This document shows positions 43,262-52,362 of a stretch of DNA of 64,000 bases, in pieces. The position numbers were made by a program, and so were the translations under genes. Source of the DNA: an uncultured Rivularia sp. (lineage in GTDB: Bacteria > Cyanobacteriota > Cyanobacteriia > Cyanobacteriales > Nostocaceae); contig OY762007.1 of NCBI GenBank assembly GCA_963665115.1, positions 4,832,001 to 4,896,000 on the forward strand, read 5' to 3'. The notes below the pieces were generated by a model. The model searched no databases. It was given only the letters and a program-made list of their open reading frames with translations, and was not told where the DNA came from. The stretch's first letter is position 1. The number at the start of each line of letters is the position of its first letter.

Positions 43262-43950
43262 CTAATACTCCACCACATTAATTTTGCGGGGTTCTAAGCA
43301 GTCGATTAAAAAAAAACCGCAGAGGGCGCAGAGTACGCTAAGGAAGAGGAAAGAGAGAATTAATTCGAGAGGAATAAAATTGATGTTATCTAGCAAAACT
43401 TATATGGTGGAGTACTAATAATCCTTTTCATTAATTTTAACGGGTTGTAGAGACGTTATACATAACGTCTCCCGAAGGTTACGGGAAAAACGAACCCTTC
43501 AGAATTTATGCAATCAACTACTAATATTCCACCACATTAGTTTTGCGGGGTACGTAGTTGCGCTTCAGCGCCTCATATTCCTGTATCCGGAGGCGCTGAA
43601 GCGCAACTACGAACAATTATTAACCCCGCAAAATTAATGTGGTTGGGTACTAATAGTCCTTTGCATTAATTCTGAGGGGTACGTTTTCGACCTAACGTCG
43701 GGAGACGTAGCACTGCTACGTCTCTACAACCCATTAAAACAAATGAAAAGGACTACTAATAGTCCTTTTCATAAATTCTGAGGGGTACGTTTTCGACCTA
43801 ACGTCGGGAGACGTAGCACTGCTACGTCTCTACAACCCATTAAAACAAATGAAAAGGACTACTAATACTTCACCACATTAATTTTGATGGGTATCCGGGA
43901 GTGCAAGCCGGAAAGCTCGCTGGTTGTCACGAACGAGACGCTCCCACTAT
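43262..43950. mobile_element. Tandem array of six TIR-bounded MITE-like cassettes separated by CTAA
   Basis: Units 43266-43414, 43419-43520, 43525-43649, 43654-43755, 43760-43861 and a truncated unit from 43866; CTAA precedes every unit. Confidence 0.88.
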
Positions 43951-44057
43951 GAGAAATCAAAGAAAGTAAATAGCAAACATCTCGAAAAAAAGTAAAAATC
44001 AAAACAGTTTTTAGCTTTTACCTTTCAACTTTCACAATCTCTCTTTCTCTTTCTAGC

Positions 44058-44381
44058 TCAGAGATACTGTGTTAAAGTTTTAATTAAGGTTGTTTTTGGT
44101 ACTGCACCCACAACCGTATCGACTTGCCGACCGCCTTTAAATACTATCAGCGTTGGAATGCTGCGAATACCATAGTGACTAGCAACAGTGGGATTTTGGT
44201 CTGTGTTGAGTTTCACCACTTTAACTTGTCCTTCGTATTCCCCAGCAACTTCATCTACTACCGGAGCAACCATTCGACAAGGACCGCACCAAGGTGCCCA
44301 AAAGTCTACCAGTACAGGAACTTGGCTTTCGAGGACTTCTTGCTTAAAAGTGGCTTCTGTCACATTCGTAATGGATGACAT
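44058..44381 (-). CDS. trxA: Thioredoxin (TrxA2 / m-type-like)
   Basis: WCGPC active site; divergent from a RexT-like regulator. Confidence 0.96.
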   Translation of the reverse strand: MSSITNVTEATFKQEVLESQVPVLVDFWAPWCGPCRMVAPVVDEVAGEYEGQVKVVKLNTDQNPTVASHYGIRSIPTLIVFKGGRQVDTVVGAVPKTTLIKTLTQYL

Positions 44382-44411
44382 ACTTGTCCTCCTATTAATA
44401 TTATTTCTATA

Positions 44412-44428
44412 ATTCGAGAAAATCGAAT
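44412..44428. promoter_or_regulatory. Palindrome ATTCGA-N5-TCGAAT, putative operator of the ArsR/RexT-like regulator
   Basis: Perfect inverted repeat in the 84-bp divergent intergenic region, next to a TATAAT. Confidence 0.6.
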
Positions 44429-44465
44429 AATTAAAATATAGACCTTTTTAAGACAACCTGCAACA

Positions 44466-44804
44466 ATGAGATTTCTTTATCATCCAGAGCAAAAAAATAT
44501 ATCTTTAGCGGGAGTGCTTTATGCGTTAGGGGACCCTGTTAGATTAGAGATTGTCCGACAGTTAGCCACGAAAAAAGAGCAATGCTGTGGGGACTTCGAT
44601 TTTGCGATCGCGAAGTCAACAATGTCTAATCACTTCAAAATATTGCGAGAGTCAGGGTTAGTATTAACTAGAAAAGAAGGCACCCAGCACATAAACACTC
44701 TGCGAATTGAAGATTTAGAAGAATTATTTCCAGGGCTATTGGAAGCCATATTGAATTCCGCTCAACCATTCATCATCCCTCAGAAAGAAGCTGTTATCAG
44801 TTAA
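44466..44804 (+). CDS. rexT: ArsR/SmtB family redox-sensing regulator
   Basis: ALGDPVRLEIV, EQCC, KSTMSNHFKILRESG; divergent arrangement with trxA, as known for RexT in Anabaena. Confidence 0.8.
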   Translation: MRFLYHPEQKNISLAGVLYALGDPVRLEIVRQLATKKEQCCGDFDFAIAKSTMSNHFKILRESGLVLTRKEGTQHINTLRIEDLEELFPGLLEAILNSAQPFIIPQKEAVIS

Positions 44805-44844
44805 CAGTGGGCAGTAAACAGTGGACAGTTATCAATCATTATTA

Positions 44845-44938
44845 ACTCCCTACTTTCTACTCCCTACTTTCTACTCCCTACTTTCTACTCCCTACTTTCT
44901 ACTCCCTACTTTCTACTCCCTACTTTCTACTCCCTACT
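44845..44938. repeat. 14-bp tandem repeat ACTCCCTACTTTCT, about 6.5 copies
   Basis: Directly visible. Confidence 0.92.
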
Positions 44939-45764
44939 TGCTACTCTTAACCGTGTTCGTAAAGTCGCTCAATCCTAATTTTGCATTGTTGAAGCTAGCA
45001 TTGGTGAGATCGGAGCCTTGGAATGATGTTACTGAATAAGTAGTAATTTCTTTAATGGCGTAGCGAAGGGAAATTAGAGTGAATCCAATATAAGTTAATG
45101 ATAAAAAGCTTAAACTAAATCCCCATATAAGATTTTGAGTACTTAGAAAAGCAATTGCTCTTGTTCCTGCTAAAAAACCAAATGCATAGCTGTAAATTGT
45201 TCCTGCTATAGATAAAGTAATTGGGATAAACCCTTTTTTAAAATAAAAGCTGCTAATTGCCATTATTAATGCTGCAATAACAGCAGAGGCAATTGCTACT
45301 TGTGGATTTTTTCCACCAGCAGCGGTTCCACCATAAAAGAATCCTAAAATAGATCCTGAAGTTGCACCGGAAATAATTGTAGTAATACGTTTAAAAATAG
45401 ATTTTCTTTCAGTTAAACTCATTGCAGCAGAGGCTATACCGGCAATAGCTAAGCTAATAGATAAAGCAATAGCATATACCCAAACTGGACTTTCAGGAGT
45501 TCTTTCTATGACTCCAAATGCCATTTTACTAACCGCATGAAAGACTATGATAGTTGTTATAAAAGTGATAGCTATTAAAGATAAAAATATTTTAGTTGTT
45601 TGACCTGCTTTAATATGATCAAAATTAGCTCCTCGCAATAAACTATTACTAAAATCGCAACCGCGAACATCGGATGCATTGAAGTTAGCACCATTAAGAT
45701 TTTGACCTTTGAAAGAACGCTTTCTTAAATCTTGATTGCTAAAATTAAAATTTTCAGAGTTCAT
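44934..45764 (-). CDS. Pentapeptide-repeat membrane protein
   Basis: Pentapeptide repeats at both termini around about 6 TM segments. Confidence 0.85.
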   Translation of the reverse strand: MNSENFNFSNQDLRKRSFKGQNLNGANFNASDVRGCDFSNSLLRGANFDHIKAGQTTKIFLSLIAITFITTIIVFHAVSKMAFGVIERTPESPVWVYAIALSISLAIAGIASAAMSLTERKSIFKRITTIISGATSGSILGFFYGGTAAGGKNPQVAIASAVIAALIMAISSFYFKKGFIPITLSIAGTIYSYAFGFLAGTRAIAFLSTQNLIWGFSLSFLSLTYIGFTLISLRYAIKEITTYSVTSFQGSDLTNASFNNAKLGLSDFTNTVKSSK

Positions 45765-45836
45765 GTTATCAGTTATCAAACGTAAAATACTCAATACTTT
45801 CTACTCCCTGTTGCCCGTTCCCTATTCCTTTTTTCA

Positions 45837-46748
45837 ATGAATAGTTCTACAAATCAAAGCCAATTTCTATATTCAAACAAATTCATATTTACAACTGCAA
45901 CGGGTTTTCTACTATTATTACCGCTGATACTTTATGGTTGGCGATGTTTTTCGCGTCCACCTCAAACTGATTCAGAAGAGAAATTATTCAAAGGTATTGT
46001 CTACAAACGTAATTTTGGTTTGACAGCACGTCCGGCAATCGTTCATATTGTGACTATTGATTTATCAGTGCCAGGGGTGAAAGTGCTGGTAACTCCACCA
46101 CGAGCTATCGATCAAAATAGTACTTTAGCGCAAACTACTTCACAATTTGTGCAAAAATTTAAACTTCAATTAGCTATAAATGCTAATTATTTTCATCCTT
46201 TCCGCGAAAAAACTCCTTGGGATTATTATCCTCATAATGGAGATGTTACCTATGCTATAGGACAAGCAATTTCTAATGGAAAGCGTTATTCAAAAGCCGA
46301 TCCGAAATGGGCAGTTTTATGTATTGTTCAAAACAACCGCGCCCAAATTTTAGAAACTGGAAATTGTCCTAAAAATACGCTTCAAGGTGTTGCGGGAAAA
46401 GATGTGTTTATTAATAATGGTAAACCTGTAAAATTAAACTCCGAGCCAGATAAACCTTACCCACGGGTGGCAGTTGCGACTAATAAACAAGGAAATATTC
46501 TTTGGCTGATTGCTGTTGATGGGAAACAGCCACTTTACAGCGAAGGAGCCACGATGGCGGAGTTGACACGAATTGTTCAAGGTTTGGGCGCATATACAGC
46601 TTTGAATTTAGATGGTGGGGGTTCAACCACTTTAGTCATAACAAAGAATAATAAACCAAAGCTATTAAATGCACCAATTCATACTAAACTACCAATGCGC
46701 GAACGTCCGGTTGCTAATCAGTTGGGTTTTTACGCAGATCGCCTGTAA
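45837..46748 (+). CDS. Phosphodiester glycosidase (NAGPA-like) family protein
   Basis: AINANYF, PRVAV, VDG…SEG and NLDGGGST motifs. Confidence 0.88.
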   Translation: MNSSTNQSQFLYSNKFIFTTATGFLLLLPLILYGWRCFSRPPQTDSEEKLFKGIVYKRNFGLTARPAIVHIVTIDLSVPGVKVLVTPPRAIDQNSTLAQTTSQFVQKFKLQLAINANYFHPFREKTPWDYYPHNGDVTYAIGQAISNGKRYSKADPKWAVLCIVQNNRAQILETGNCPKNTLQGVAGKDVFINNGKPVKLNSEPDKPYPRVAVATNKQGNILWLIAVDGKQPLYSEGATMAELTRIVQGLGAYTALNLDGGGSTTLVITKNNKPKLLNAPIHTKLPMRERPVANQLGFYADRL

Positions 46749-46910
46749 TTTAAGTGTCTCTGAAATATTCAGTAATTGTAAATTGAGTTACTTGACTCTC
46801 ACGTAGTCAATAAATTAATTAAATGATTATTACAAACCATTGGTAGTCGATGCGTTGTAAAAAATCAAAAGCTAAACTAGTACCGTACTCAGAATTAAAG
46901 GACTAATAAA

Positions 46911-47516
46911 ATGATTCAAGAGCGCGACTATACATTAATTATTGATAAAAGCGGTAGTATGTCAACTCCAGATCAAGCTGGTGGTAAAAGTCGATGGGAG
47001 ATAATGCAAGAATCTACCCTTGCTTTGGCTAGAAAGTGCGAGCAGTTCGATCCAGACGGGATGACTGTTTACCTGTTTTCCGGTAGATTTAAGCGTTTTG
47101 AGGATGTGACTTCAGATAAAGTAGCGCAAATATTCATGGAAAACGATCCAGCCGGTACTACCGATTTAGCGGGTGTTCTCAAAGATGCTACCGATGATTA
47201 CTTCAAGCGTAAAGCAGCAAACCAAACTAAGCCCAACGGCGAAACGATTTTAGTTGTTACAGATGGCGAACCTGACGATAGAAAAGCAGTTTTTGAGGTA
47301 ATTGTCAATGCTTCCCGTCAGATGGAGAAAGATGAAGAATTAGGAATCTCTATCGTTCAAGTTGGTAGTGATGCTCAAGCAACAAAATTTCTTAAAGCTT
47401 TAGACGATCAAATGGAATCGATTGGCGCAAAATTTGATATTTGCGACACTGTAACTTTCGATGATATGGAAGATATGAGTCTTGCAGAGATATTAACTAA
47501 TGCAATTACTGATTAG
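46911..47516 (+). CDS. vWA domain protein, copy 1
   Basis: MIDAS motif DKSGS, GTT and VVTDG. Confidence 0.92.
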   Translation: MIQERDYTLIIDKSGSMSTPDQAGGKSRWEIMQESTLALARKCEQFDPDGMTVYLFSGRFKRFEDVTSDKVAQIFMENDPAGTTDLAGVLKDATDDYFKRKAANQTKPNGETILVVTDGEPDDRKAVFEVIVNASRQMEKDEELGISIVQVGSDAQATKFLKALDDQMESIGAKFDICDTVTFDDMEDMSLAEILTNAITD

Positions 47517-47574
47517 GTAATTGGTAATTGGTGATAGTAATAAATAGATCAATTAGCTTACAGGAAAATGAATT

Positions 47575-48180
47575 ATGTTAGAAAATCGCGACTATACCTT
47601 AATTATTGATAAAAGCGGTAGTATGTCAACTCCCGATCAAGCAAGTGGTAAAAGTAGATGGGAAGTAATGCAAGAATCTACTCTTGCTTTGGCTAGAAAA
47701 TGCGAAAAATTAGATCCTGATGGGATGACGGTTTATCTATTTTCCGGTAAATTTAAGCGTTTTGACGATGTGACTTCCGATAAAGTCGCGCAAATATTTA
47801 TGGAAAACGATCCTGCGGGTACGACTAATTTAGCGGGAGTTCTCAAAGATGCTACAGATAATTATTTTAAGCGTAAAGCAGCAGGTCAAACCAAAGCCAA
47901 CGGGGAAACAATTATAGTTGTAACTGATGGTGAACCCGACAATAGGAAAGCAGTTTTTGAAGTAATTGTTAATGCTTCCCAGCAGATGGAAAAAGATGAA
48001 GAATTAGGAATCTCTCTTGTTCAAGTTGGTAGGGATGCTCAAGCAATGAAGTTTCTTAAAGCTTTAGACGATCAAATGGAATCAATTGGTGCAAAGTTTG
48101 ATATTTGCGACACCATAACTTTTGATGATATGGAAGATATGAGTCTTACAGAGATATTAACTAATGCAATTACTGATTAA
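47575..48180 (+). CDS. vWA domain protein, copy 2
   Basis: Same motifs and length; near-duplicate of copy 1. Confidence 0.92.
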   Translation: MLENRDYTLIIDKSGSMSTPDQASGKSRWEVMQESTLALARKCEKLDPDGMTVYLFSGKFKRFDDVTSDKVAQIFMENDPAGTTNLAGVLKDATDNYFKRKAAGQTKANGETIIVVTDGEPDNRKAVFEVIVNASQQMEKDEELGISLVQVGRDAQAMKFLKALDDQMESIGAKFDICDTITFDDMEDMSLTEILTNAITD

Positions 48181-48249
48181 TTAGGGAATAGAGAACAGGG
48201 AACAGGGAAAAGTGAATACTAATAAATAAATTAAGAGGAGAATTGATCG

Positions 48250-48855
48250 ATGTTAGAAAATCGTGATTACACTTTAATTATTGATAAAAGTGGTAGCATG
48301 GCAACCCCCGACCAAAAAGGTGGTAGAACTAGATGGGTAGCAGCAGAGGAATCAACCTTTGCTTTAGCGAGTAAATGCGAACAGTTCGATCCAGATGGTA
48401 TTACCATTTATACATTTTCTGGGCGATTTAAAAGATATGAAAATGTTACATCCAAGAAAGTGATGCAGATTTTTCAGGAAAACGATCCCTCCGGAACTAC
48501 CGATTTAGCTTCAGTATTAAAACACGCTACAGATAATTATTTTCAACGCAAAGCTGCGGGTGAAACAAAGGAAAATGGTGAGACAATCTTAGTAATTACC
48601 GATGGCGAACCCGATGACAGAAAAGCGGTGATGAAAGTGATTATTGAAACTTCTCGTCGTATGGATAAAGATGAGGAATTAGCAATTTCCTTTATTCAAG
48701 TTGGAACCGATCCTCATGCAACTCGCTTTCTCAAAGTCTTGGATGACGAAATGCAAAGTGCAGGAGCTAAGTTTGATATCTGTGACACGATTACAATGGA
48801 TGATATGGAAGACTACAGTCTTTCAGAAGTATTGCTAAATGCAATTATTGATTAG
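48250..48855 (+). CDS. vWA domain protein, copy 3
   Basis: Same motifs and length but more diverged; AGAGGAG RBS. Confidence 0.92.
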   Translation: MLENRDYTLIIDKSGSMATPDQKGGRTRWVAAEESTFALASKCEQFDPDGITIYTFSGRFKRYENVTSKKVMQIFQENDPSGTTDLASVLKHATDNYFQRKAAGETKENGETILVITDGEPDDRKAVMKVIIETSRRMDKDEELAISFIQVGTDPHATRFLKVLDDEMQSAGAKFDICDTITMDDMEDYSLSEVLLNAIID

Positions 48856-48882
48856 TTATTGCCATTAATCGGAATTAAACCA

Positions 48883-49320
48883 ATGGATTCCATCGATAAA
48901 ATTTTGTCCGAGCTTCAAGCTGAATATCAACAATCAGCTAATTCTCAATCTGGGAAAACAGAGGAAGTAAAGAAGGTTAAACAAGTAAAGAAAGTAAAGC
49001 TTGATTCATCTCCACCTTCCTCACTTTTTACATCATCATCAAAAGGAGATGTAATTGATAATATATTAGCTGAAGTTAAACAAGATATTGAAGAAAAAGA
49101 AGTTTTAGAAGAACAACAAAAACAGCAAGAGCTTGAAGAAGAACGAATTCGACAAGAAAAAATTAAAGCAAAGCAATTAGAAGCCTTAAAAGCTCAAGCT
49201 CAACAGTGGTTACAAAAATTAGAACCATTATCTACCGAAGGAATGTGGTTTGAAACTTTTGCTAAAAGCTACCCTTCTAAATTAGAAGCAGCAATTGAGT
49301 ATTTAAGCAGTGAGCAGTGA
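48883..49320 (+). CDS. Coiled-coil protein of the Slr1339 salt-stress family
   Basis: C-terminal WLQKLEPLSTEGMWFETFAKSYPSKLEAAIEYL. Confidence 0.72.
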   Translation: MDSIDKILSELQAEYQQSANSQSGKTEEVKKVKQVKKVKLDSSPPSSLFTSSSKGDVIDNILAEVKQDIEEKEVLEEQQKQQELEEERIRQEKIKAKQLEALKAQAQQWLQKLEPLSTEGMWFETFAKSYPSKLEAAIEYLSSEQ

Positions 49321-49694
49321 TCGAGTACTATTTAATAGTAAAAAATCAACTTTTTGCTATACATAGCACTCTATCGCAACCCTAAATTAGTTGAAAAAAA
49401 ATTATGCTTATTTATATATAAAGTAGTGCGCTAGCGCAGCGTGTCCGACAGGACATGCATCTTGCTCGCTATTGCCTATATATAAATTGTCCGAATTTAA
49501 GCTGCTCGCAAACCTATTTTTTTGAAAAAGACTGAATTTATTAATTATCAAAAATAGCGAATACTTTATTTATTTATATATTTATTTATTTATTAGATTA
49601 ATTTTGTACGGCTATTGTTTACAAACGAACCCTATTTTTCATCTAAATACTGATAATTGATAATTGATAATTGATAATTGTTAACTGCTCACTG

Positions 49695-50027
49695 CTAACT
49701 GCTGACTGTTAAATGCTTCGCTCCCCATTCATGCATTGCATTGAGAATTGGTTGCAAACTTTCTCCTAAAGATGTCAGCGAATATTCTACTTTTGGGGGA
49801 ATTTCAGCATAAACTTCGCGATGTACGATTCCATCTTGTTCCATTTCTCTTAATTGCTGGGTTAGCATTTTTTGAGTGACTCCAGGTAAAGCACGCTGTA
49901 ATTCTCCAAAGCGTCTTATACCTAATAGTAATTCTCTAATAATCAATACCTTCCAGCGCCCTCCTATTATTTGAAGCGTTGTTTCTACTTCACAGCTAAC
50001 TATCTTTTTAGGGTTTTCCGCTTTCAT
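49695..50027 (-). CDS. HxlR family winged-helix regulator
   Basis: [19 protein letters not shown] and PPKVEYSLT motifs. Confidence 0.93.
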   Translation of the reverse strand: MKAENPKKIVSCEVETTLQIIGGRWKVLIIRELLLGIRRFGELQRALPGVTQKMLTQQLREMEQDGIVHREVYAEIPPKVEYSLTSLGESLQPILNAMHEWGAKHLTVSS

Positions 50028-50224
50028 TTTTATAGTTACTTTTTGGTAAGTATCTGACTTTTAAGTGGGTACTTTACATCATACCTTTATGTGGGTTAAG
50101 GTTGAGCCGGTATTAGTTAGATGACAAAACAATTAGTACAAATCATCAGCTTATTCAAGTCGAATGCTTTAAAATAAATTGCATTTTGGCTAAAAGTTTG
50201 CTGTCATTTTTTGAGGAGAACACT

Positions 50225-50461
50225 ATGAATCAACCTGTAATTGCCGATAAAAAACCTGCCGTAATGGAATTAGAAGCCGGTACTTATTACTGGTGTAGCT
50301 GCGGTAAGTCTAAAAACCAATCTTTTTGCGATGGTTCTCATAAAGGTAGTGAATTTACACCAGTTGCTTTTGAAGTAACGGAGAAAAAATCTGTAGCAGT
50401 ATGTAACTGCAAGCATACTAGCAATCCACCCTATTGTGATGGTTCTCATAGCAAACTTTAA
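50225..50461 (+). CDS. CDGSH iron-sulfur protein with two motifs (MiNT/CISD3-like)
   Basis: WCSCG.S..QSFCDGSH and CNCK.T…YCDGSH; GAGGAG RBS. Confidence 0.92.
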   Translation: MNQPVIADKKPAVMELEAGTYYWCSCGKSKNQSFCDGSHKGSEFTPVAFEVTEKKSVAVCNCKHTSNPPYCDGSHSKL

Positions 50462-50645
50462 TTAATTCCGAATCTAAAACTCAGGAACCCGGTATTGTTA
50501 AATATATCGCGTTTCGGAGTTTTTATCAGTTGAAACTTTTTTAATCATTTAATGAAAATTTCTCTAAAATCAATCAAATATTGAGCAGTAATCAACATAA
50601 ATTGACCGGCATAATCAATTAGTAACTTGTAATTAGAGACAAATT

Positions 50646-51146
50646 TTATCTAGAAGTAAAGTTTAAAAACTTACTCACAATATTATCAACAGAACGTTTT
50701 AGTTGATTCTTGCGATACCATCTTTGAAAAGCTGCTTCATACTCTTCACCTTTCATTTGAAAAGTATTCCAGCCATCCAAACCTACAAACAGCCCCCAAA
50801 ATAGTACAATATAAAGCGCCCAGTTAATACCTCCACCCGTAAGCAAATCCAGCGAGACTAAAAAAGTATTAACAATCGCGTAATTGCCAGCACGCTTTTT
50901 GAATCTTCTTTTACGATGGACATTAAATGCTTGTCTGTGCTGAATTTCACCTTGTTTTGTTACCCAATCTGCTTCTGCTAAATTAAGAGTTTCCAGGGAG
51001 ATATCTAACTCCGCAGCGATTTCCAAAAGCACCTCGTGAGAAAACTCCTTATCATCATCAACTTGACGTGCGATCGCCAACTGCAAAATCTGCTGTACGT
51101 CTTCTTGGCTATAACAACGACTAATTTTATCTCCCGAATTCGTCAT
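50646..51146 (-). CDS. 2TM domain protein
   Basis: YSQEDVQQILQLAIARQ N-terminus and two TM segments with a WG motif. Confidence 0.82.
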   Translation of the reverse strand: MTNSGDKISRCYSQEDVQQILQLAIARQVDDDKEFSHEVLLEIAAELDISLETLNLAEADWVTKQGEIQHRQAFNVHRKRRFKKRAGNYAIVNTFLVSLDLLTGGGINWALYIVLFWGLFVGLDGWNTFQMKGEEYEAAFQRWYRKNQLKRSVDNIVSKFLNFTSR

Positions 51147-51324
51147 ACTTATAATCTCTTCTATTACTTTTAATAGAGAATTTCTTCTTTTAGCACACAG
51201 AGTACTGCTATTACCTCTAGAGTAACAAATCAATCAGTTGAATTTTGGATTTTGGATTTTGGATTTTGGATTGAAAGTTATGAGTTAGGAGTAGTGAGTA
51301 GTGAGTAAGGAATTAGGGGTTAGT

Positions 51325-51432
51325 TACTCCCATTCCGCTTTAAGATTACTTATCTCTCTTTATCTCTTTCCTCTAGGCTCTCAGCGTCTCTGCGGTTTTT
51401 ATAATCGGTAATCTTCTGCCAGGAAGGGAGTA
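51325..51432. mobile_element. MITE-like shell (TACTCCC…AAGATTAC TIRs) enclosing a CTCTGCGG-type repeat
   Basis: Imperfect 25-bp inverted ends; GTTAGT on both flanks. Confidence 0.7.
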
Positions 51433-51601
51433 GTTAGTTAGTTAGTATTTATTTATTCTCCCCCCCTCTTCCCCCTCTCCCCCCTCTTCCCCCTCTTCCC
51501 CCTCTCCCCCCTCTTCCCCCCCTCCGTCCCTTTCTTAATCAATCCTTTACCTAAAAATAAGAAAATCACAATTGGAGATTGCTTTTTACACTTGGGGAGA
51601 A

Positions 51602-52312
51602 ATGTCAGTGGAATCTAATCAAAATATCCGTACATTATCGGTTGATATTGGTGGTAGTGGCGTAAAGGTAATGGTTTTGGATATTAAGGGTAATCCTTTA
51701 ACTAAGAAATTGCGGGTAGAAACACCCCAACCTGCTTCTAAAAAATTAGTGCTTGAAGCGATTTTAGAGTTAGCTGGAATGGCAGGTGAATTTGAACGGG
51801 TTTCGGTTGGATTTCCTGGTGTGGTACGAAATGGAATAACCAATACTGCGGTTAATTTACATCCTGACTGGATAGATTTTGATTTAGCAACAGCTTTATC
51901 TCTATTGCTAAAAAAGCCGGTTAAAGTAGTTAATGATGCGGATATGCAGGGTTTAGCAGCAATTTACGGGCAAGGAGTGGAACTGGTAATTACTTTAGGA
52001 ACGGGATTTGGTTCGGCTTTATTTGTAAATGGTAAATTGGTTCCGAATCTGGAAATGGGACATCACCGCTTTCGTAAAAGTGAGACTTACGAACAACAAT
52101 TAGGGCGTGCTGCTTTAGAAAAAATTGGCGATGAAAAATGGAATAAACGTTTGGGGAAAGCGATAGATTCTTTACAACATTTGTTTAATTATGATTATCT
52201 ATATATTGGTGGAGGTGAAGCAGAAAAAATCAATCTCAATTTATCCGCTAATGTAAAAGTTATTCCTAATGTTTTTGGGTTATTAGGTGGTATTGCATTG
52301 TGGCGGAATTAA
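51602..52312 (+). CDS. ppgK: ROK family kinase, polyphosphate glucokinase-like
   Basis: DIGGSGVK, GFPG, NDADMQG, TLGTGFGSA and NLEMGH motifs. Confidence 0.85.
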   Translation: MSVESNQNIRTLSVDIGGSGVKVMVLDIKGNPLTKKLRVETPQPASKKLVLEAILELAGMAGEFERVSVGFPGVVRNGITNTAVNLHPDWIDFDLATALSLLLKKPVKVVNDADMQGLAAIYGQGVELVITLGTGFGSALFVNGKLVPNLEMGHHRFRKSETYEQQLGRAALEKIGDEKWNKRLGKAIDSLQHLFNYDYLYIGGGEAEKINLNLSANVKVIPNVFGLLGGIALWRN

Positions 52313-52362
52313 AAGAAAGGGTTGGGGGGTTCGGGGGGAACGGGAAACAGTGGGAAGACAAA

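Noticed and set aside
43262..43950. CRISPR array interpretation
   Set aside because: The units are bounded by inverted rather than direct repeats, lengths vary from 102 to 149 bp, interiors are known-type repeats rather than unique spacers, and no cas genes are present.
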